From Candidatus Sumerlaeia bacterium (GTDB lineage: Bacteria; Sumerlaeota; Sumerlaeia; SLMS01; JANRJK01): a stretch of DNA of 64,000 nt. Both the position numbers and the translations under genes were made by a program. The first letter of the stretch is position 1. Each line of letters begins with the position of its first letter. Under the pieces are notes generated by a model that had not been told where the DNA came from, did not search any database, and saw nothing but the letters and a program-made list of their open reading frames with translations. The stretch is taken from NCBI GenBank assembly GCA_033764015.1, contig JANRJK010000053.1, positions 44,491 through 108,490 on the forward strand, read 5' to 3'. Positions 56,352 through 64,000 of the stretch are shown piece by piece.

Positions 56352-59300
56352 ATGATCCCGAGCGGATGGAACCGGTTCCAGCAGGTGCTGCTGGCCACAT
56401 TGCTGCTATTGCTCGCGTCGGCCGCCGCGCCGGCGCAGCGGGCGCTGTTCGAGGACGGCTTCCTTTCGCGCGACGGGCAGCAGCCGCCGAACTGGCGCTT
56501 CGTCGGGCCGAAGGGCCCGCAATACTGGGTGGTGGCGGGGGGCTCGCTGGACTCCGGCGACTCGAACGCCTTCTCGCTCGGGCCGAACATGGCCGTGGTG
56601 GCCGCCTCCGGCGCGGAAAGCTGGGGCGACTACACGGTGTCCGCCGACATCCAGGTCACCGACAACGACGGCCTCGGCAAGGTGATGCTGGTGGCGCGGC
56701 TGGCCGATAACTCGAACTACTACGCGGCTTCGATGGCGTTCAGCGGCACCGGCGCGAGCGGCTTCCGGCTGGTCGAACTGCTGCGCGTGCAGAACGGCGC
56801 GGAATTCGTCATCGCGGAATCCCCGGAGAACGCCCAGCTCCCCGACTTCGGGCGCCCCGGCTCGGGACCGTACCGCCTGGCCTTGACGGTCGCGGGCGGG
56901 AACCTGCGCGTATCGCTGGACGGCAAGGAGGTCGTGTCGGCGCGGGACGCCGCCTTCGCGACGGGCGCGCCGGGGCTTGGCGTGCTGACCTCGCGCGCGA
57001 CGTTCGACAATGCGCGGGTGGAAACCGGCGCGGGCGGCTCCTCCGGCGGCCAGCGCACGCCCGCGGCGGCGGCCAGCGGCGGCACTTGGCGCATCGTCGC
57101 GATGGGGAACCTGACCCGGACCGACGCGGAGCGGCAGGCGCAGGAGCTGCGCGCGCAGATGCCGGTGCAGGCCGAGGCGCTGCCGGGCGCGACGGGCGAC
57201 CGCTGGGGCGTGTACATCGGCGCCTACCCGGAGGAGGCCGCGGCGAAGGCCGAGGCCACCCGGCTACAGGTCGAAGAGGGCGTCCTCAGCAGCGGCGTGG
57301 AATTCGTGGAAGCGTCCCGCGGCGGCGCGGCCCCGGTGGTCGCCGCCGGGACGATGCAGATCCGCGTGCAGGCCGACTCGTTCCGCAACCGCAACCAGGC
57401 GGAGCAGCTCGCGAACACGCTGTCCCTCGAAGGCGGGTACTATCCTGTGGAGGTGCGCGAGCTCGGCGGCGAGTACGCGGTGCTGGTGAACCTGCCGTTC
57501 GAGACGCGGCAGTTGGCGGAAGGGCTGGCGCAGATGCTGCGCGGGGAGAACTACCCGCGGGCCAAGGTGCGCGAGGACGTTCCCGCGGCGGGCGCGGGCG
57601 CGCCGGCGGTCTCCGCGGCGGACGTGATGAACATCGCGAAACAGGCGGGCGGCGGGCTGAGCGGCGCGGAGATCGACCGCGTGGCGCAGCTCGTCCAGGG
57701 GCTCGAGGGCACCGTCCGCTCGCAGGACGCGGAAGCGAACCAGAAGCTCCGCGACGAGTTGCGCAACCTATCGGAGCGCGAACGGGAACTGGCGGCGCAG
57801 CTCCAGCAGGAGATGCGCGAGCGCGAGACCGCCGAGATCCGCGTGCAGGGGCTCAGCAGCGACGCCGCCACGGCGATCAACGCGGGCGAGCTGGAGCGGG
57901 CGGAGCGGATGATCGCGGAGATCCGCCAGATCAATCCGCAAAGCGGGGCGATTCCCGCGCTGGTGGCGCTGCTGGAGCAGAAGAAGGCCTCGGCGGCGCG
58001 CCCCTCGGGCGACACGCAGGCGGAGCAGTTCGCGAAGCAGGCGCGTGAGATGGAGGCGCTCGGCGACTTCATCGGGGCGCTGGCGCTCTGGAAGCGCGTG
58101 CAGCAGGCGACCACCACGGGGCCGCTGTACGACGAGTCGCGGGGGCGGGTTTCGGACCTGGAGGCGCGCATCGCGCGGTCGACCGGCAAGTCGGGCGACG
58201 GCGGCGAAGGCGGCTCGAACACGATGGTCGTCATCATCGGCATCGTCGCGGTGGTGGCGGTGGGCGCGGCGATCGGCTTCGTCCTGATCAACAAGAACAA
58301 GCGTCCGGCGCCGGCGAAGGCCGCGCCGCCGGCGCGCGGAACAGGGCTCGGGCTTCCCCCGGCGCCGGGCGGCTTCGCCCCGGTGACGCCCGGCGGGCTC
58401 GCGCCCTCCCCTGCTCCCGCGCCCGCGCCCGCGGCGGCGCAAGCCCCCGCGCCCGTGCAGCCGGGGGCGCCGAAGAAGCAGGCGCAGGCGATCCCCCAGT
58501 CCGACGGCGGCGTGTCGATCGACGGCTTGCGCGACGGCGTGGATTCGACGCCGACTCCGATGCCGGTGGGCGGCGACGCGCGGATCCGGCCTGGAACCTT
58601 CTCTCCGGCGCCGAACGCGCCGACGCCGCTCGCGGTGCCCGGAGCGCCGACCCCGGGAATGGCGGTGACGCCGCCGGCGGGTTCGCCGATGGGCACGCCG
58701 AGCTCCGGTTCGGTGCGGCGCCCCGGGAGCGACTCCGGCTCGCAGCAGCGCATCAGCCCGCCGTCCGGCGAGTACCTTTCGCTGCCGTCATCGCCCGAGG
58801 TTCCGCTGCACGGCGGCTCGTCGGGGGCGGTGCCGGTGCAGGGCGCGTTCCCGGTGGGGGTGTACTTCGAGCAGAGCTTCGACGACGAGGAGCTGGGCGC
58901 GCCGCCGCGGCACTGGAAGGGCGCCTACGACTACGCCTCGCTGCTGATCTCGAACGAGGGGTCGAACGGCGGGCGCTGCGCGCGCTACGAGAAGCTGAAG
59001 GGGACGGGGAGCGCGTACTACTCGTGCAAGTTCCCGGACGCGAGCGGGCGCATCTGCGCGGAGTTCGACATCCGCTGCGACGACAAGAACCGCTACCTGA
59101 TCGGGTTCTACATCGAGAAGGACGAGGACTTCCGCCAGTCGATCAGCACGATCGTGCACCGGACGAACCCGAAGTCGGAGCCGACGCTGCGGCTGCAGAA
59201 CGAGTCGCACCCGTACAAGTTCGGCTCCTGGGTGCACGTGAAGTACATCATCGACCTGCCGCGGAGCCTGGTGGACGGGTGGGTGGACGACATTTCCGTG

Positions 59301-59420
59301 GCGGCGGGTGTGCGCCTGACGCAGGCGCCCAAGGTGATCAACACGCTTTCGATCCGCGACAACAGCGCGACGACCGGAATCCTTTTGATCGACAACATCC
59401 GCATCTATAGAATCCCCTAA
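56352..59420 (+). CDS. Membrane-anchored multidomain protein: DUF1080-like sandwich, two SPOR-like domains, coiled coil/TPR, TM, Pro-rich linker, C-terminal beta domain
   Basis: Signal peptide; WGDYTVSADI...FDNARV; WGVYIGAY....A...A and VQADSFRNRNQAE...PFETRQLAE; TM VVIIGIVAVVAVGAAIGFVLI; ends LIDNIRIY. Confidence 0.8.
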   Translation: MIPSGWNRFQQVLLATLLLLLASAAAPAQRALFEDGFLSRDGQQPPNWRFVGPKGPQYWVVAGGSLDSGDSNAFSLGPNMAVVAASGAESWGDYTVSADIQVTDNDGLGKVMLVARLADNSNYYAASMAFSGTGASGFRLVELLRVQNGAEFVIAESPENAQLPDFGRPGSGPYRLALTVAGGNLRVSLDGKEVVSARDAAFATGAPGLGVLTSRATFDNARVETGAGGSSGGQRTPAAAASGGTWRIVAMGNLTRTDAERQAQELRAQMPVQAEALPGATGDRWGVYIGAYPEEAAAKAEATRLQVEEGVLSSGVEFVEASRGGAAPVVAAGTMQIRVQADSFRNRNQAEQLANTLSLEGGYYPVEVRELGGEYAVLVNLPFETRQLAEGLAQMLRGENYPRAKVREDVPAAGAGAPAVSAADVMNIAKQAGGGLSGAEIDRVAQLVQGLEGTVRSQDAEANQKLRDELRNLSERERELAAQLQQEMRERETAEIRVQGLSSDAATAINAGELERAERMIAEIRQINPQSGAIPALVALLEQKKASAARPSGDTQAEQFAKQAREMEALGDFIGALALWKRVQQATTTGPLYDESRGRVSDLEARIARSTGKSGDGGEGGSNTMVVIIGIVAVVAVGAAIGFVLINKNKRPAPAKAAPPARGTGLGLPPAPGGFAPVTPGGLAPSPAPAPAPAAAQAPAPVQPGAPKKQAQAIPQSDGGVSIDGLRDGVDSTPTPMPVGGDARIRPGTFSPAPNAPTPLAVPGAPTPGMAVTPPAGSPMGTPSSGSVRRPGSDSGSQQRISPPSGEYLSLPSSPEVPLHGGSSGAVPVQGAFPVGVYFEQSFDDEELGAPPRHWKGAYDYASLLISNEGSNGGRCARYEKLKGTGSAYYSCKFPDASGRICAEFDIRCDDKNRYLIGFYIEKDEDFRQSISTIVHRTNPKSEPTLRLQNESHPYKFGSWVHVKYIIDLPRSLVDGWVDDISVAAGVRLTQAPKVINTLSIRDNSATTGILLIDNIRIYRIP

Positions 59421-59474
59421 GCGGGGGCGGGGTCCGCCGCGCGACATTGAACCGATGGGGCGACCGGGGTTCGG

Positions 59475-62400
59475 ATGAAGGAAGCGTTCGCGGCACTGAG
59501 CGAGGCGGTGGCTAAACAGCTGGACGCGCTCGACATGGTCCGCCTCCTCGGCGGCGACCAGGAGGTCGTGCGCGCGGTCGGCAACATCGTGAAGTGCGGC
59601 TGCAAGGGCTTCTGCCCGCTCGGCAAGGAGCAGCCGTTCCCCCCCATCATGATCGACCGGGCGAAGCGGACGTACCGCTGCTCGATCCCGAACTGTCCCG
59701 CCGCCGCCGGCGGCACGCTCCTCGAGCTGTGGGAGTTGCATTGCGGCAAGAAGGGCCCGCTGGCGCTGTTCGACGCGGTGCGCAAGCTGCAGGTGCCGGT
59801 GGACCCGGGGGTGCTGGCGTCGGCGGTCTCCGAGCTTCGCCAGCAGGCGCAGCGGCTCCTCGATCGGGGCGACACTTCGGAGGCGCGGGCCTTCGCGCAG
59901 GCGGCCTTCGAGCAGGAGCCGCGGAACCCCGATTCGCTCCGCACGCTGGCGCGCGTGGCGGAGGCGTCCGGCGCGCTGGAGGAGGCGCGCGAGCGCTACG
60001 TGCGCGCCGCGCGGGTCTCGTCCGCGTCGCGCCGGCACGACCGCGCCATCTCGCTGCTGCGCGACGACGCGCTCCGCGTCTCCCCCGGCTCGATCCCCGT
60101 GCTCATCGAACTGGCCGACGCGCAGGAGTCCTCCGGCGACGCCGCCGCGGCGGAGGGCACGCGCCTCGAGATCGTGGAGAAGTACCGCGCCGAGGGGAAG
60201 CTGGGGAACGCGCAGCTCCTCCTGGAGGACACGTTCCGCCGGAACCCCTCCGGGCGGACCTCGTGGATGCTGGCGGAGCTGCTGGAGCAGAACGGCGACA
60301 CGCAGAAGGCGATGCACCAGTACCTCGACTCGCAGAGCCGCTTCGAGCGCGTCGGCGACGAGCGCGGGGAGCTGCGCGCGCTGCGCTCCGCGTGCCGGCT
60401 GGCGCCGCACCGGCTCGACCTCTGGAAGCGGCAGGCGGAGCTGGTGGAGGAGTTCGAGTCGATGGAGGACGCGGCGCCGGTCTACGCCGCGATGGGCGCG
60501 AGCGCCTTCAAGCAGGACCTGCTCAGCGAGGCGGAGAAGTCGACGCGCACGGCGATCGAGCGCTCGGAGGAGATCCCCGGGGCGTGGGAGACGCTTGCGG
60601 AGATCGCGCTGCGCCGCGGGCGCCCGGAGGAGGCGGCGGGCCACTGGCTGCGGGCCGCGCAGCTCTACCAGTCGAACGAGACGCAGGCGGATGTGGAGCG
60701 GTGCCTCGAGCTGGCGGTGCGGACGGATCCGGAGAACCCGGACGCGGCCGCGGGGCTCGGCGTGTACCACTTGGCGCGCGGGGAGGCGGAGGCGGGCTCG
60801 GCGCATCTGGAGCGCGCGGCGAAGCTGTACCTGCGCCGCGGCGACGAGGAGCCGGCGCTGGGGCTGGCGGAGGGCCTCGCGATGTCCGCGGGCAAGCGGT
60901 GGCCGATCCTGGAGTCGGCGTGCCGGCTGCTCGAGGAGCTGGGCCGTCCGGAGCAGGCGGCGGCGCACCTGCGCTCCTACGCGGAGTCGATGCGCGCCTC
61001 GAGCCCGCACGAGGCGCTGGAGGCGGCGCGGTTCGCGATGCGGCTGGCGCCCGGCGAGACGGATTTCCTGCGGATCGCGGTGGACGCGGCCTCGGGGGCG
61101 AAGGCGCCGGAGGACCTGGCGGCGCTGGCGCGGCAGCTCGGCGAGGCGGCGGCCGCCGGCGCGCCCGCGGAGCCGCTCCGCGAGGCGTTCGAGAAGCTGC
61201 TGGCGGCCGATCCGCACGCCTGGGAGCTGCGGCTGCGGTTCGCGGACCTGCTGGCGTCGCAGGGCGACGGCGCGGGCGCGGGGCGGCACTACCGGGAGCT
61301 GCTGCAGCACGGGGCGCGACTTGCGCCGCCGGAGCGCGCGCGCGTGGCCGAGGCGGCCTCCGCCGCGCACCCGCGCGACGCCGCCATGGCGCGGGCGCTC
61401 GCGCTGGCGCGGCGCGACCTGGGCGAGTTCCGCGCCGCGGAGGCGGCCTTCGTCCGCGCCGCCGAGCTGGCCGACCGCGCGGGGGACTTCGCCACCGCCA
61501 TCGAGTGCCTGGAGCGGGCCATCGCCCACGAGGACCCGCTGGCGGAATCGCTGCTGCTCGTCGCGGAGGCGAACCTGCGCCACGGCGACCTCTACCGCGC
61601 GCAGGACCTGCTGGACCAGTTCCTCACGCGGCGGCTGGTGGAGGGGGACGCCACGGAGCAGCGCGCCGCCTTCGACCGGGTGCTCGCGCTCGATCCGGGG
61701 CGCCCGGCGCTGCGGCAGCGCTTCGCGCGCTGGCTGTTCGAGCGCGGCCAGCGCGACGCCGGCGAGGAGGAGTTCCAGCGGGCGCTGGCGCTGCTGCCGC
61801 GGGAGGGCGACCAGCGCGAGCGGATCGCGTTCCTGATGGAGCGGCACGCGCTGGAGCCCTCGCGCGTGGAGCCGCTGCTGGAGGCGGCGGCGCTGCAGGA
61901 CGCGGCGGGCCACGGGGCCGAGGCGCTCCGGGCGCGGCTGGACGCGCTGCGCGCGGCGGCGGCGGCGGGCGAGTACGAGGACGCGCTGCGCGCGGCGGGC
62001 GAGCTGCGCGAGCGGCACCCGGACAACGAGGACGCGCGCCGCGCGGTGGAGTCGCTGCGCGAGCGCGCGGCGGAGATCGCCGCGACCGCGGGCGCGGTGC
62101 TGGACGCGGCGCGCGCGCACCAGGAGGCCGGGGAGCTGGAGGCGGCGCTCGCGGCGTACGAACGGGCGCTGGCGCTCGATCCGCACCGGGCGGACGCCCG
62201 GGCCGCGTACGCGGGCGCGCTGGAGGCGGCCGGCGACGCCCTCCGCGCCGCGCAGGCGCACGCGCAGGCCGCCGCGCTGGCGGAGGAGGCGGGCGACAAC
62301 GCCGCCGCTCGCGCCTCGCTGGAACGCGCCATCGCCGTGGGCGGGCCCTCGCGGGCGCTCCGCGAGCGGCTCGCGCTGGTGCTGCTGAAGGGCGGCGACC

Positions 62401-64000
62401 GCGACGGGTTCCACCAGGGGCTGTGGGAACTGGTCGAGGAGGCGCGCGCGCAGGGCGACACCGCCTCCGAGCGCGACCTGGTGGACGGCCTGGCGCGGGT
62501 GTTCCCGGACGACGCGGCGGTGCTGGTGGCGCGGGCGGACGCGACGGCGAAGCTCGGGAAGCCGGAGGAGGCGGTGCGCCAGCTCCTCGAGGCGGCGAAG
62601 GCCGCCGGCGGCGCGGAGCAGGCGGTCGAGCTGCTCGCGGCGGCGGCGCGGATCGACCCGTCGAGCTACGACGCGCAGCGGCGGCTGGCGCACGCGCTCG
62701 CGGCGGCGGGGCGGAAGGAGGAGGCGCTGGAGGCGATCCGCGCGGTGCTGAGGCCGCTCGCGGACGAGCCGACGAACACGGAGCACTTCGAGCTGTTCGA
62801 CCAGGCGCGGGCGGACTTCTTCGGCGACGCGCCGCGGCTGCTGGCGGTGGCGGCGTCGCTCGCCGAGCACCTCGGCAAGCCCTCCGCGGTGGGCTTCCTG
62901 ACGCGCGCGGCGGAGCGGCACGAGGAGGCGGAGCTCTGGGGGGCGCACGCGGAGCTGCTGGGCGGGATCGCGGCGTACGAGCCGCACCGCGCCGCGGACC
63001 TGGCGAAGCGCGCGGCGGACTCCTACGAGGCCGCCGGCGAGCACGGCAAGGCGGCGACCGCGATGGTCGAGGTGGCCCGCGGGCTCGCCGCCGGGCGCTC
63101 GCGGCTGGAGCTGCTGCGCAAGGCCGCGAAGCTGGACCCGGCCTCGATGGACGCGCTCGGGCTCCTCTGGGACGAGCAGCGGACGCACAACGACCTCGAG
63201 GGCGCGGCGGAGACGCTGGCGGCGTTCACGGACCTCGCGGTCGCGGCGGGGCGCGCCTGGGACGCGGAGCGGCACCTGCGGTCGCTGCTCGACTCCGCGC
63301 CGCAGAACACGCGGGTGCGCGAGTCGCTGGCGAAGGCGCTCGGGGCGGCGGGCAACCGCTCCGAGGCGGTGCTGCAGTGGTCGCTCGCGGCGGGCTGGCA
63401 CCGCGGCGCCGGGCGCGGGGACGACGCGCGGCGCTGCTGCGCGGAGGCGCTGGCGCTGGAGCCGGATTCGGTCGACGCGAACCAGGAGCTGCTGGTGGCG
63501 AGCGAGCTCGGCGGCGACGGCGCGGAGGTGGCGCGCAACGCCGCGCGGCTGGCGGCGCTGCTGGTCTCGAAGCGGCGCGTGCGCGAGGCGTCGGGCCTGC
63601 TGGCGCGCATCTTCCGCAAGTTCCCCGCGGAGCCGCTGCTGCTGCCGCCGATCCGCCATTGCGCGAAGGAGCTGGGCGAGCCGCTCGCCGCCTCGGAGGC
63701 GTACCGCGCGCATGCCCGGGCGCTCGAGGCGGAGGGCGCGGTGCTCGACGCGGCGGACGCGCTGCGCACGGCGCGCGAGCTGGATCCCGACGGGGGCCCG
63801 GACGGGCCGGAGATCGCGCGGCTGCTCGCGGCGGGCGGCGACATGGAGGGCGCGGCGCGCGAACGGCTGGCGTCGGCCCGGGCGGCGGTCGACCGCGCCG
63901 ACCCTGCCGGCGCGCGGCTCAGTATCGAGGCGGTGCTGGCCGAGTCGGCGCCCGGCTCGCCGCTTTGGCGCGACGCGTTCGAGCTGGCCGCGGGCGCGGG
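59475..64000 (+). CDS. Giant TPR-repeat protein with N-terminal primase-type (zf-CHC2-like) zinc finger; runs off window
   Basis: Hand translation from ATG 59475: MKEAFAALSEAV...KCGCKGFCPLGKEQPFPPIMIDRAKRTYRCSIPNCPAAAGGTLLELW; frame spot-checked as open to 64000 with TPR-like repeats. Missing from the ORF track because there is no stop in the window. Confidence 0.85.
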   Translation, partial: MKEAFAALSEAVAKQLDALDMVRLLGGDQEVVRAVGNIVKCGCKGFCPLGKEQPFPPIMIDRAKRTYRCSIPNCPAAAGGTLLELWELHCGKKGPLALFDAVRKLQVPVDPGVLASAVSELRQQAQRLLDRGDTSEARAFAQAAFEQEPRNPDSLRTLARVAEASGALEEARERYVRAARVSSASRRHDRAISLLRDDALRVSPGSIPVLIELADAQESSGDAAAAEGTRLEIVEKYRAEGKLGNAQLLLEDTFRRNPSGRTSWMLAELLEQNGDTQKAMHQYLDSQSRFERVGDERGELRALRSACRLAPHRLDLWKRQAELVEEFESMEDAAPVYAAMGASAFKQDLLSEAEKSTRTAIERSEEIPGAWETLAEIALRRGRPEEAAGHWLRAAQLYQSNETQADVERCLELAVRTDPENPDAAAGLGVYHLARGEAEAGSAHLERAAKLYLRRGDEEPALGLAEGLAMSAGKRWPILESACRLLEELGRPEQAAAHLRSYAESMRASSPHEALEAARFAMRLAPGETDFLRIAVDAASGAKAPEDLAALARQLGEAAAAGAPAEPLREAFEKLLAADPHAWELRLRFADLLASQGDGAGAGRHYRELLQHGARLAPPERARVAEAASAAHPRDAAMARALALARRDLGEFRAAEAAFVRAAELADRAGDFATAIECLERAIAHEDPLAESLLLVAEANLRHGDLYRAQDLLDQFLTRRLVEGDATEQRAAFDRVLALDPGRPALRQRFARWLFERGQRDAGEEEFQRALALLPREGDQRERIAFLMERHALEPSRVEPLLEAAALQDAAGHGAEALRARLDALRAAAAAGEYEDALRAAGELRERHPDNEDARRAVESLRERAAEIAATAGAVLDAARAHQEAGELEAALAAYERALALDPHRADARAAYAGALEAAGDALRAAQAHAQAAALAEEAGDNAAARASLERAIAVGGPSRALRERLALVLLKGGDRDGFHQGLWELVEEARAQGDTASERDLVDGLARVFPDDAAVLVARADATAKLGKPEEAVRQLLEAAKAAGGAEQAVELLAAAARIDPSSYDAQRRLAHALAAAGRKEEALEAIRAVLRPLADEPTNTEHFELFDQARADFFGDAPRLLAVAASLAEHLGKPSAVGFLTRAAERHEEAELWGAHAELLGGIAAYEPHRAADLAKRAADSYEAAGEHGKAATAMVEVARGLAAGRSRLELLRKAAKLDPASMDALGLLWDEQRTHNDLEGAAETLAAFTDLAVAAGRAWDAERHLRSLLDSAPQNTRVRESLAKALGAAGNRSEAVLQWSLAAGWHRGAGRGDDARRCCAEALALEPDSVDANQELLVASELGGDGAEVARNAARLAALLVSKRRVREASGLLARIFRKFPAEPLLLPPIRHCAKELGEPLAASEAYRAHARALEAEGAVLDAADALRTARELDPDGGPDGPEIARLLAAGGDMEGAARERLASARAAVDRADPAGARLSIEAVLAESAPGSPLWRDAFELAAGA

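Noticed and set aside
58788..63713. 1641-aa minus-strand ORF
   Set aside because: Shadow of the plus-strand TPR gene starting at 59475.

Overview
A very GC-rich bacterial chromosomal segment with about 52 protein-coding genes and one tRNA. I found no CRISPR array, integrase, transposase or prophage. Housekeeping core: ispF; parA-parB with a perfect 16-bp parS palindrome inside the 5' end of parA, followed co-directionally by ExbB/TolQ, ExbD/TolR and TonB/TolA; tRNA-Gln(TTG), a short glmU, prs and rplY; nadE, fmt, rsgA, ald, yqeK-rsfS and yicC. Signalling is dense: three Hanks-type Ser/Thr kinases, an FHA-GAF-PAS-GAF histidine kinase with a NarL-type regulator, and a dual-specificity phosphatase-like protein lacking its catalytic Cys. 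Accessory genes are a fused type IIG restriction-modification enzyme and a Phd/VapC toxin-antitoxin pair. Most notable: (1) three unrelated secreted proteins end in a short Ser-rich/aromatic tail (SSVEDWTLMGN, SSAAGWQLYE, VPGSGFVVY) where similar proteins usually carry PEP-CTERM or T9SS sorting domains, suggesting a lineage-specific C-terminal sorting signal; (2) a giant TPR gene of at least 1,500 codons, absent from the ORF track, starting with a primase-like Zn finger; (3) a family-4 uracil-DNA glycosylase frameshifted at a G9 run; (4) a probable AUU start for yqeK; (5) a FecR-GspG-like fusion. Gene content and the tails suggest Candidatus Sumerlaeota (BRC1) or a similar lineage, but that is my inference and was not tested. 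All domain calls come from motif recognition by eye, not database searches.
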